Of a stretch of 24,601 bases of DNA, positions 1 through 11,253 are shown piece by piece; position 1 is the first letter of the stretch, and every line of letters starts with the position of its first letter. Both the position numbers and the translations under genes were made by a program. Under the pieces are notes generated by a model, which was not told the DNA's origin, did not search any database, and worked only from the letters and a program-made list of their open reading frames with translations. This stretch comes from Octopus sinensis. Taxonomy: Eukaryota. Where the stretch lies: NCBI RefSeq assembly GCF_006345805.1, contig NW_021834780.1:1-24601 (forward strand). The letters run 5' to 3'.

Positions 1-99
1 TCACTGTCAAACTCTCCCATGTGAAAATATAAACCTAATTAAAGGTATTCAATGTTTTACATTTTGATGATTTTTTTTACGTACATGCTCATACACATC

Positions 100-1075
100 T
101 GTGTGTGCACGCATTCACTCACACACTCACACACACACATATATACAATGCACATGCATACACACGCACATCTCTCTATATGTATCATATTGTCCATCTA
201 CCTATCTCTCTAGCCTTTGTTTGATGCTTCTCACTATTCGTGCATATGTGTGTGTGTATGTGTGTGTTTCTGTTTATGTGAGTGTGTATGTATGTGTATG
301 TCTGTGTGTGTATGTGTGTGTTTCTCTGTATGTGTGTGTGTATGTGTATGTGTATGTCTGTGTGTGTGTGATGTGTGTGTTTCTGGGTATGTGTGTGTAT
401 GGATGTGTGTCTGTGCATGTATGTGTGTATGTGTGTGTTTCTGTTTACGTGAGTGTGTATGTCTGTGTATGTCTGTGTGTGTGTGCATGTGTGTTTCTCT
501 GTATGTGTGTGTGTATGTGTATGTGTATGTGTGTGTGTGATGTGTGTGTTTCTGGGTATGTGTGTGTATGCATGTGTGTCTGTGCATGTATGTGTGTGTA
601 TGTGTGTGTTTCTGTTTACGTGAGTGTGTATGTCTGTGTATGTCTGTGTGTATGTGTGTGTTTCTCTGTATGTGTGTATGTATGTGTATGTCTGTGTGTG
701 TGTGTGATGTGTGTGTTTCTGGGTATGTGTGTGTATGAATGTGTGTCTGTGCTTTTATGTGTGTGTATGTGTGTGTTTCTGTTTATGTGAGTGTGTATGT
801 ATGTGTATGTCTGTGTGTGGGGGTGATGTGTGTGTTTCTGTGTATGTATGTATGTGTGTGTGTGATGCGTGTGTCTGTATGTGTATGACTGTACATGTAT
901 GTGTGTGTATGTATGTGTATGTACGTGTATGTTTGTGATTCTATCTCTCTGTGTGTATGTAAGTGTGTGTTTCTCTCCATATATGTGTATGTATGTGTGC
1001 ATTTCTGTGTATATGTGTATGTGTGTATGTGTGCTGTACGTACGTGTGATCGCCTGTGCATGTGTGCATGTTAAT
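100..1075. repeat. Compound (TG)n/(TGTA)n microsatellite with a ~170 bp higher-order period
   Basis: Landmark TTCTGTTTA recurs at 268, 439, 610 and 777; TTCTGGGTAT recurs at 381, 550 and 717. Confidence 0.9.
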
Positions 1076-1109
1076 GTAACGAATTCCTGACTTCAAACGC
1101 ATCGAGCGT

Positions 1110-1218
1110 GTATACCTACACACACAAACATACATACATACATATAACACACACACCACACAGACCACACCTATATAATACATATATACACACACGCATA
1201 TATATATAATATATATAT

Positions 1219-1256
<38 letters not shown>

Positions 1257-1345
1257 CTACATACATACATATATATACATACATATATACATATATATAC
1301 ATACCATATATATATATATATGTGTGTGTGTGTGCATCCACACAC
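1110..1345. repeat. (CA)n/(TACA)n/(TA)n microsatellite
   Basis: Direct reading. Confidence 0.9.
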
Positions 1346-1450
1346 ACGACAGGCTTCTGTCAGCGATAGGCGTAATTTGAAGACACTCGATGGAGTGGCA
1401 CTGAACCCAGGACCATGTGGTCGGGAAGTAAGATACCTACCTGGATGCAA
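1346..1450 (-). mobile_element. Degenerate, internally deleted tRNA-derived SINE (same family as 15844-16120)
   Basis: Reverse complement GGTAGGTATCTTACTTCCCGACCACATGGTCCTGGGTTCAGTGCCAC resembles the head at 15863-15910. CTGACAGAAGCCTGTCG resembles CTGAAAGAAACATGTCG at ~15992-16008. Confidence 0.55.
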
Positions 1451-1483
1451 CTTAGCTCTATGATTAAGAACGCCATCTACTTC

Positions 1484-1500
1484 TACTACTACTACTACTA

Positions 1501-1554
<54 letters not shown>

Positions 1555-1608
1555 CACCACCACTACTACTACTACCACCACCACCACAACCACTACTACT
1601 ACCACCAT

Positions 1609-1650
<42 letters not shown>

Positions 1651-1700
1651 AACAACAACTGCTGCTGCTGCCACTGCCGGCACCACCACCACGACCGCCA
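1484..1700. repeat. (TAC)n/(CAC)n/(CAA)n/(GCT)n trinucleotide array
   Basis: Direct reading; source of the poly-T, poly-V and poly-S ORFs. Confidence 0.95.
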
Positions 1701-2094
1701 CCAGATTCTCGGTCAATGGAACGACTGATAGCATTACACACTTCTAGCTATGCTATGGTTGTGAATAGAGGATGCTCACGACTGGAACGCCTTTGATCAT
1801 AAGGTCTATCTGATTGCGTATGACCTATGGTTAAAGTATACTTAACAACCAGAATGGCGAAAATTACAGGTTCTTTATGTATGCGAAAGAAAGGACTTCA
1901 CAAAACCAGAAAGGACACGGTTACGGAGGAAATATCACTTACAAGTCACTAATGAAATTATGCGACCATGTATAACATTGCAGTAGTTTAGTATGTAATA
2001 AGTGCGTCTGTACCTCTGTGTGTGTGCATACACAATTTGCTACACAGGTCTATAGGTATAATGACATCCATACTTTCATACATGCTAGAACTGC

Positions 2095-2186
2095 ACATAT
2101 ATATACTATATCCTGATTTTCATGCTATATATATATATATATATATATATTATTATATATATATCTATATATATATATTAATATAT

Positions 2187-2244
<58 letters not shown>

Positions 2245-2255
2245 GATATATATAA
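2095..2255. repeat. (TA)n microsatellite abutting the 3' end of the PLE
   Basis: Direct reading. Confidence 0.95.
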
Positions 2256-2430
2256 TAATATTAGGGAATAAATCCAAATTTACAGGGAAAAAAATCAGAT
2301 TTAGGATTAAATCCAATTTATAGTAAAATATTATAAAATATTATTAGAGACAAAACCACTATTTTGCAAAACAAACAAGGAAAGACTTAATCAATACATA
2401 AAATTTTAATAAATAGTCAAAAAAAAACCG

Positions 2431-2472
2431 CCACTACAATCGTTTCTTGTCTGATCGACAATCTTCAGTGGA
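2431..2472 (-). ncRNA. Minimal type I hammerhead ribozyme (HHR-A, left copy)
   Basis: Reverse complement: CCA-CTGAAGA-TTGTC gatca GACAA-GAAAC gatt GTA-GTGG. One stem I base is missing relative to the 11049 copy. Confidence 0.75.
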
Positions 2473-2919
2473 CTTGCAATCTAAAAAATCAATATTTTAA
2501 AATAAAAAATAATAATTTTAAAATAATTAAAGTATGAATGAAAATAATAAGTATATAATCCATATAAACCTATATATAATCCATATATAATCAATATATA
2601 AACAATATATAAACTAAAAAAACTATCAACAATTAAATATAAACTATAAAATATAAAATATAAAATATAAAACAAAACAAAAAAATAATAATAATATAAT
2701 AATAAACTATATACACACCCATACACATATACCTAATTATATATAACCATATCTAACTACATACACTAAATCACACACTATATATTATCCCTATACATAC
2801 ACATAAAAACGTCTAGGCAACTATAACTAAATAAAATAGCTAAATACTTCAACATATACTTATTCATACTCCCACACACACACATACAACCCACATTCAC
2901 ACGCTCTAGAAAACGGACA

Positions 2920-5703
2920 TCACTCAAAACTATGAACGGAGAAATGGAATAAATGGAATTAAAAATTATATTCACTTGGTAAAAACGAACACTACTTAAA
3001 CATTATGAATGAAACAATGCAATAAAACAACAGACATCGCAAATACACAAAAACTACTACGAATTCCTTAACAAACCTATTGATAAACAAAACTCATAAA
3101 AACATATAATGATAAAATCTCCCTTTACTAAACTCTATAACAACCCTATATAGTATCCCCCTAACCTAAACATTCACACACAATACACACACACGTAAAC
3201 CACACACCCACGACATATACAAATGCCCACACTTACACATACCTACCATACATACATATAAACCTCAACTATACTCCAAAAACCCACTCAACCCCACACA
3301 GACAAATAAACAACAAAATTATGAATGGATTCTTTTATAAAACTACCATGATAAGCTAAAACTCACAAAACAGAAATGATAAAACCTCCCTTTACTAACA
3401 CTATAACATACTTATATAGCAATCCCTTTAACCTATACATTCACACACAAAAACACACACGTAAACCACACACCCATAACAATACAAACACCCACCCCAC
3501 TCACACACACCCACAAGTACATATAAGCCTCAACATATACACCAACCAAAATTACTTTACCAAGGAACTAACATATGTATAAAAAGTATAACCGCTCTGG
3601 AAACGAACATCTCTAAATAATGAATGGAGAAATGGAATAAATGGAATTAAAATAATATTCACGTGGCAAAACGAACACCACTCAAAAATTATGAATGAAA
3701 CAATGTAATAAAACAACCAACATCGAAAATAGACAAATTACCACGAATTCCCTAAAAAAAACCATGATAAACCAAAACTCTTAAAAACATATAACGATAA
3801 AATCTCCCTTTGCTAAACTCTATAACAAACCTATATATAATCCCCCTAACCTAAACATTCACACAAATACACACACGTAAACCACAGACCCACGACTTAT
3901 ACACATACCTATACTAACTTATAAACCTCAATATACACCAAACCCACTCACCTCCCCACACAGACAAATTAACACATACATCCCAAAACCTAAATAACAA
4001 ACCAAACACATATACACATTCACACACAAACACAACACCACGCAAAACACACACCACAACGGATACATATACTCCCTCACATATACGCATATACATACTC
4101 ACTAAACTCGATATATACAACAATATTTACACACCCACCACACTCATACAGATAAATAAATTATACAACTAAAAACTCCACACACAAACTCATATACATA
4201 AACACTCCTATGAAAACAACATTAAATACATCGTAATTAACCAGAATATCAAAAATAACAATATGTATAAGGATAAATAAAATACATACTTACAAGTCAG
4301 TTTCAAATTATGAAGTGAAATTAAATTCTTAGCCGTTAAAAATAATCAAACCAAAATTACGTTACCATAGAAATAACTTATGTAAAAAAAGAATACGCCC
4401 ATGGAAAGTAACGTCATTTAAATTATGAATGGAGAAATAGAATAAATGGAACTAAAACTATATCCACGTGGCAAACCAACACTACTTTAAAAAATTTTAT
4501 TATTAAAATGGATTCTTTAAAAAACTACCATGAAAAATCATTATATACATTTATGAGCTTTAGCTCACCTTAGCAGCTCTACAAACAACTTACAGTAACC
4601 CAAACCCATTCTCTATGCCTACCTCACTACTACACTATTCCATTCACAATTCCAAGCAACGCTAGTCCACCACCCGGTTATTCACGTGGCAAAACGAACA
4701 CCACTCAAAAATTATGAATGAAACAATGTAATAAAACAACCAACATCGAAAATAGACAAATTACCACGAATTCCCTAAAAAAACCATGATAAACCAACTC
4801 ATAAAAACATATAACGATAAAATCTCCCTTTGCTAAACTCTATAACAAACCTATATAGCAATCCCCCTAACCTAAACATTCACACACAATAAACACACCG
4901 TAAACCACAGACCCACGACTTATACACATACCTATACTAACTTATAAACCTCAATATACACCAAAACCCACTCCCTCCCCACACAGACAAATTAACACAT
5001 ACATCCCAAAACCTAAATAACAAACCCATATACACATTCACACACACAAACACACACACACGCAAAACACACACACACAACAGATACATATACTCCCTCA
5101 CATATACGCATATACATACTCACTAAACTCGATATATACAACAATATTTACACACCCACACTCATACAGATAAATAAATTATACAACTAAAAACTCACAC
5201 ACATCTCATATACATAAACACTCCTATGAAAACAACATTAAATACATCGTAATTAACCAGAATATCAAAAATAACAATATGATATAAGGATAAATAAAAT
5301 ACATACTTACAAGTCAGTTTCAAATTATGAAGTGAAATTAAATTCTTAGCCGTTAAAAAAACCAAACCAAAATTACGTTACCATAGAAATAACTTATGAA
5401 AAAAAAAAGAATACGCGCCATAGAAAGTAAACGTCATTTAAATTATGAATGGAGAAATAGAATAAATGGAACTAAAAAGTATATCCACAAGCAAACCAAC
5501 ACTACTTAAAAAAAATTTATTATGAATGGATTCTTTAAAAAACTACCATGAAAAATCATTATATACATTTATGAGCTTTAGCTCACCTTAGCAGCTCTAA
5601 CAAACAACTTGCAGTAACCCAAACCTATTCTCGATGCCTACCTCACTACCACACTAATCCATTCACAATTCCAAGCAACGCTAGTCCACCACCCGGTTAC
5701 AAT
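2920..5703. repeat. Hierarchical tandem repeats in the PLE tail: ~1.02 kb near-identical duplication (3660-4683 / 4684-5703) plus older diverged modules
   Basis: ACGTGGCAAAACGAACACCACTC at 3661 and 4684. The module ..CTCCCTTT(A/G)CTAA..CATTCACACA..CGTAAACCACA occurs at ~3120, ~3385, ~3805 and ~4825. ATGAA(C/T)GG(A)GAAAT(G/A)GAATAAATGGAA occurs at ~2934, 3620, 4425 and 5445. Confidence 0.9.
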
Positions 5704-5779
5704 TCCCAACTCCACCCATTCATTCACAATTTCAACGACATTCGCCTCCACAGCGCTACATATAAGCCTCAACATATAC

Positions 5780-6130
5780 ACCGGAGATACACTTACACAT
5801 CCGTGCGGATGGGTGAGAGTATACATTGAGTGTAGTGATGGGGCACCCATTACTATACACATTTGTACCTGTGTGGTAGTCTCCATGTGTATATTCACGC
5901 ACGGGTATAAATACAGGGGGTACACGCGCACGTCATTTGCGTGTACCCCCTCACATGTACATATGCATGCTATTTGGGCTCGATATATGCAACAATGTAA
6001 TCGCGCCCGCATACATGCATATGGGCGAATTGCACAATCAAAAACGCACACGTGTGTTGTGTGCGTTCCCTGGTTGTGCAATTCACCCATCTGGGTGTGA
6101 GTGGGTGTAAGCGTATCGCTGTGGATGTCG
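5780..6130. other. Dense cluster of stable stem-loops in the PLE 3' tail
   Basis: Stems: 5830-5858 (13 bp, 2 G-T); 5915-5951 (13 bp perfect, AGGGGGTACACGC/GCGTGTACCCCCT); 6027-6084 (GAATTGCACAA/TTGTGCAATTC plus AACGCACAC/GTGTGCGTT); 5786-5798 pairing with ~6113-6125. Confidence 0.75.
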
Positions 6131-6952
6131 AGCTTGATACGTATGTATATGAGTGTGTATTAGGGGGTTGTACGTATTAATTATGTCATGTGCTTCACGC
6201 ACTTGCGTCCATGTATGGATGAATATATTGGGATTACTATGTGGGTGTAAATTGGGTATGGAGGGGGGAGTTTTGTCATTGTATGGGTGTGGGTTTCATT
6301 TGTGATGGTGGTTAGTTGGTGATTTTTAGTATTTCTGTATATTTGGGTTAGTTATGTATTATTCTAGTGTGTATAATTGTATACATATAATTGGTGTGAA
6401 TGGGATTAAGCCCATTTTTTTGGATGTATGTGTTTATTTATCCATGTGGGGCGGGAGTGGCCGTTAGGTGTATATGCTGAGGCTCACATGCAATTCCAGG
6501 TACAACGAATGAAGGGGCACTTATATTTGTTATGGGTGTGTGTACTTTATTATAACAGACAATACCCACATAAAATCTGTCATTCAACATACCAAATAAA
6601 ACCAAAAAACAAAGGGATCTTAACATTCACACATACATACACAAATCTCAATAAAAACACCACTAAATAACACCCATAACATATAAATATATCCTCCAAA
6701 ATACATATAACAAATGCATAATAAAATACATAATAAAATTAAAAAAAAAAAAAATTTAAAAAAAACTATATAAATTATTAAAGTTTTAACGTACCATAAA
6801 CTGTTAATTAATATACATTAAAAATGAACTAATTAAAACAAAGAAATATCAATAAAGACTAACTATAATTAAAGCCTAGACAACATAACCAAAAATATAT
6901 TATCTAAACTAATTTAAACTAAACTAAAGTAACCTAAAAGGGACTATTATTG

Positions 6953-7800
6953 CTATTTATCATGAAACTTATTATATAGGTAAAGTAACTTATGTCTGCA
7001 TTTTATTTTGCGCTCTTCACCAGTATTAAGTAATTATCATACTTATAAAATAAAATTTCTTTAAACTCATTAGAGCATAATAACAACAATTAGCTCCTAT
7101 AGTATATGATTTAGTTTTACAAATTATTTCCCAAAGTAAACTATAATTAATATTAGTGATTTAAGACTCCAAATGTACTTACTAAGTCCGGTGAGTTGAT
7201 TAAGTTTTAATTTTTAAAAGAATTCATATGTTGGGCGATTCTTATTTTATTTTTGAGGAAGTAGAACCTATATAAACCGCTTTTGTGTAATTATTATTCT
7301 TAAAGTTATTATCATGTAATGTAACTATACATTTTACACTACATCGTTAATATCACAATTATTATTTAATATACAATTAGATTTATCTCTACATGTACAA
7401 TTAATATAAGTCTTATCATTATTAATATTATTACCAAATAATTTCTTTTTATAAAATTATCAGTTTATATTTATTAAATGAAGAAATAATGTTACCAACA
7501 TTATTAGTGGTAGAGTAACCAACTCCAAAATATTAAAAGAGAAAATGTTTCTATATTTACGATTATCTCTAATAAATAGTTCTATAACATCTAAAATCTC
7601 TTTAATAATATTCGTTTTTACTTGATCTCCATAAGGAACTATTACCAAATTTATTCTTATTAACCTTATTATTATTATCATTATTATAAATATATTTATA
7701 ATTCTTTATTTTATTAAAATTATTATCAGAATTATATCTATGTACAGCATTTAAGGAATTATTAATTTATTATTAAATTTATCAATATAAATTATTATAA
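6953..7800 (-). pseudogene. PLE ORF C-terminus: post-RT linker plus GIY-YIG endonuclease (several 1-2 nt frameshifts)
   Basis: Hand translation across frameshifts: VPYGDQVKTNIIKEILDVIELF..KYRNIFSFNIL/GVGYSTTNNVGNIISSFNK..NCTCRDKSNCILNNNCDINDVV/(Y)KCIV..AVYIGSTSSKIK/RIAQHMNSFK/LTGLSKYIWSLK/NYSLLWEIICKTKSYTIGANCC/LCSNEFKEIL/LLNTGEERKIKCRHK..stop (TAG at 6955-6953). This matches the VVY..YIG..R...H..SF..LS.YIW.LK..C.LC..E..KCRH pattern of PLE endonucleases. Confidence 0.85.
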
Positions 7801-7910
7801 TAATTATTAAATTTTTTTTTATTTATATTATTCTTATTTATATTATTATTTATTATATTTATTATTATATTATTATTCTTATTTATATTTTTATCATTTT
7901 TATTATTTTT

Positions 7911-10900
7911 TTAGAGCTGCTAAGGTGAGCTAAGCTCATAAATGTATATAATGATTTTTCATGGTATTTTTTTAAAGATCCATTCATAATAAATTTTTTT
8001 TAAGTAGTGTTGGTTTGCTTGTGGATATCACTTTTAGTTCCATTTATTCTATTTCTCCATTCATAATTTAAATGACGTTTACTTTCTATGGCGCGTATTC
8101 TTTTTTTTTTTTTTCATAAGTTATTTCTATGGTAACGTAATTTTGGTTTGGTTTTTTTAAAACGGCTAAGAATTTAATTTCACTTCATAATTTGAAACTG
8201 ACTTGTAAGTATGTATTTTATTTATCCTTATATATATATTGTTATTTTTGATATTCTGGTTAATTACGATGTATTTAATGTTGTTTTTCATAGGAGTGTT
8301 TATGTATATGAGATTGTGTGTGAGTTTTTAGTTGTATAATTTATTTATCTGTATGAGTGTGGGTGTTAAATATTGTTGTATATATCGAGTTTAGTGAGTA
8401 GTATATGCGTATATGTGAGGGAGTATATGTATCTGTTGTGTGTGTGTGTTTTGCGTGTGTGTGTGTTTGTGTGTGAATGTGTATATGGGTTGGTTATTTA
8501 GGTTTTGGGATGTATGTGTTAATTGTCTGTGTGGGGAGGGAGTGGGTTTTGGTGTATATTGAGGTTTATAAGTTAGTATAGGTATGTGTATAAGTCGTGG
8601 GTCTGTGGTTTACGTGTGTGTATTTGTGTGTGAATGTTTAGGTTAGGGGGATTGCTATATAGGTTTGTTATAGAGTTTAGCAAAGGGAGATTTTATCGTT
8701 ATATGTTTTTATGAGTTTTTGGTTTATTATGGTTTTTTTTAGGGAATTCGTGTAATTTGTCTATTTTCGATGTTGGTTGTTTTATTACATTGTTTCATTC
8801 ATAATTTTTGAGTGGTGTTCGTTTTGCCACGTGAATACCGGGTGGTGGACTAGCGTTGCTTGGAATTGTGAATGGAATAGTGTAGTAGTGAGGTAGGCAT
8901 AGAGAATGGGTTTGGGTTACTGTAAGTTGTTTGTTAGAGCTGCTAAGGTGAGCTAAAGCTCATAAATGTATATAATGATTTTTCATGGTAGTTTTTTAAA
9001 GAATCCATTCATAATAAAATTTTTTTTAAGTAGTGTTGGTTTGCCACGTGGATATAGTTTTTAGTTCCATTTATTCTATTTCTCCATTCATAATTTAAAT
9101 GACGTTTACTTTCCATGGCGCGTATTCTTTTTTTACATAAGTTATTTCTATGGTAACGTAATTTTGGTTTGATTATTTTAACGGCTAAGAATTTAATTTC
9201 ACTTCATAATTTGAAACTGACTTGTAAGTATGTCTTTTATTTATCCTTATGTCATATTGTTATTTTTGATATTCTGGTTAATTACGATGTATTTAATGTT
9301 GTTTTCATAGGAGTGTTTATGTATATGAGTTTGTGTGTGAGTTTTTAGTTGTATAATTTATTTATCTGTATGAGTGTGGGTGTGTAAATATTGTTGTATA
9401 TATCGAGTTTAGTGAGTATGTATATGCGTATATGTGAGGAGTATATGTATCCGTTGTGTGTGTGTGTTTTGCGTGTGTGTGTGTTGTGTGTGAATGTGTA
9501 TATGGGTTTGTTATTTAGGTTTTGGGATGTATGTGTTAATTGTCTGTGTGGGGAGTGAGTGGTTTTGGTGATATTTGAGGTTTATAAGTTAGTATAGGTA
9601 TGTGTATAACGTCGTGGGTCTGTGGTTTACGTGTGTGTATTTGTGTGTGAATGTTTAGGTTAGGGGGATTATTATATAGGTTTGTTATAGAGTTTAGCAA
9701 AGGGAGATTTTATCGTTATATGTTTTTAAGAGTTTTGGTTTATCATGGTTTTTTTTAGGGAATTCGTGGTAATTTGTCTATTTTCGATGTTGGTTGTTTT
9801 ATTACATTGTTTCATTCATATTTTTGAGTGGTTTCGTTTTGCCACGTGAATATTATTTTTAATTCCATTTATTCCATTTCTCCATTCATTAATTTAGAGA
9901 TGTTCGTTTCCAGAGCGGTTATACTTTTTATACATATGTTAAGTTCCTTGGTAAGTAATTTTGGTTGGTGTATATGTTGAGGCTTATATGTACTTGTGGG
10001 TGTGTGTGAGTGGGGTGGGTGTTGTATTTGTTATGGGTGTGTGGTTTACGTGTGTGTTTTTGTGTGTGAATGTATAGGTTAAAGGGATTGCTATATAAGT
10101 ATGTTATAGTGTTTAGTAAAGGGAGGTTTTCATTTCTGTTTTGTGAGTTTTAGCTTATCATGGTAGTTTTATAAAAGAATCCATTCATATTTTTGTGTTT
10201 ATTTGTCTGTGTGGGGTTGAGTGGTTTTTTGGAGTATATGTTGAGGTTTATATGTATGTATTGGTATGTGTAAGTGGTGTGGGTATTTGTATATGTCGTG
10301 GGTGTGGGTTTACGTGTGTGTATTTGTGTGTGAATGTTTAGGTTAGGGGGATTGCTATAGGTTTGTTATAGAGTTTAGTAAAGGGAGATTTTATCATTAT
10401 ATGTTTTTATGAGTTTTTGGTTTATCATGATAGGTTTGTTAAGGAATTCGTAGTAATTTGTGTCTATTTGCGATGTCTGTTGTTTTATTGCATTGTTTCA
10501 TTCATAATTTTTAAGTAGTGTTCGTTTTTACCAAGTGAATATAATTTTTAATTCCATTTATTCATTTCTCCGTTCATAGTTTTGAGGATGTCCGTTTTCT
10601 AGAGCGTGAATGTGGGTTGTATGTGTGTGTGTTGGGAGTATGAATAAGTATTGTGTTGAAGTATTTAGCTATTTTATTTATTTATAGTTGCCTAGACGTT
10701 TTTATGTGTATTATAGGGATATATATATAGGTGTGTGATTTAGTGTATGTAGTAGATATGGTTATATATAATTAGGTATATGTGTATGGGTGTATATATA
10801 GTTTATTATTATATTATTATTTTTTTTTTGTTTTTGTTTTTTTTAATATTTTATATTTTTATATTTATATTTTTATATTTATTTAATTGTTGATAGATTT

Positions 10901-11184
10901 TTTTAGTTTATATATTGTTTATATATTGATTATATATGGATTATTATATAGGTTATATATGGATTATATCTTATATTTTTTCATTCATACTTAATTATTT
11001 TAAAATTATTATTTTATATTTTAAAATATTTTTTTTTAGATTGGAAGTCCACCTGAAGATTGTCGATCAAGACAAGAAACGATTGTAGTGGCGGTTTTTT
11101 GACTATTTATTAAATTTTATGTATTGATTAAGTCTTTCCTTTTTTGTTTTGCAAAATAGTGGTTTGTCTCTAATAATTTTTATA
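7911..11184 (+). mobile_element. Inverted, 5'-truncated copy of the PLE 3' tail (reverse complement of ~5600-2335)
   Basis: TTAGAGCTGCTAAGGTGAGC at 7911 is the reverse complement of 5581-5600. It is colinear to GTCTCTAATAAT at ~11167 (reverse complement of ~2339-2350) and contains the same ~1.02 kb duplication (GTTTTGCCACGTGAATA at 8821 and ~9836). Confidence 0.92.
11049..11091 (+). ncRNA. Minimal type I hammerhead ribozyme (HHR-A, right copy)
   Basis: CCAC (stem I) CTGAAGA (11053-59) TTGTC-gatcaa-GACAA (stem II) GAAAC-gatt-GTA (predicted cleavage after 11087) GTGG (stem I'). Confidence 0.85.
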
Positions 11185-11206
11185 TATATACTATATATAT
11201 ATTATA

Positions 11207-11253
<47 letters not shown>

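Larger units (their letters stand above)
2252..7910 (-). mobile_element. 5'-truncated Penelope-like retroelement (C-terminal GIY-YIG, Hydra-clade-like) with ~4.7 kb non-coding 3' tail
   Basis: GIY-YIG ORF remnant at 6953-7800, HHR at 2431-2472, 3' end in (TA)n, and an adjacent inverted partial copy, which is a known PLE insertion architecture. Confidence 0.8.

Noticed and set aside
101-1747. Long ORFs rich in C/V/Y/M, H/T, poly-T or poly-S (also 14732-15204, 16124-17049, 22671-24014)
   Set aside because: They are translations of di-, tri- and tetranucleotide microsatellites with no domain signal.
3155-3170. Telomere-like CCCTAACCTAA in tail modules (also ~3843, ~4863)
   Set aside because: Only about two imperfect units, which is expected by chance in C/A-rich sequence.
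2920-5703. CRISPR-like repeat-spacer array
   Set aside because: The inter-repeat sequences are themselves duplicated and irregular in length, the context is eukaryotic, and there are no cas genes.
5638-6670. ORFs of 62-150 aa across the hairpin island
   Set aside because: No recognisable motifs; they overlap on both strands and lie in the element's 3' tail.
2500-7900. Mitochondrial control region / NUMT hypothesis (strong skew, hairpins, AT-rich)
   Set aside because: No mitochondrial gene, tRNA or rRNA was recognisable. The AT-rich part decodes on the minus strand as a PLE GIY-YIG endonuclease, and the end carries an HHR.
2335-11184. Foldback DNA transposon or Polinton with long TIRs
   Set aside because: The spacer holds a 5'-truncated retroelement ORF, the arms end at different points, and no TSD, transposase or PolB is present.
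2335-11184. Pure fold-back read artefact
   Set aside because: Not favoured, because a 2.3 kb non-mirrored spacer separates the arms and the geometry fits known PLE inversions. It cannot be fully excluded without raw reads.
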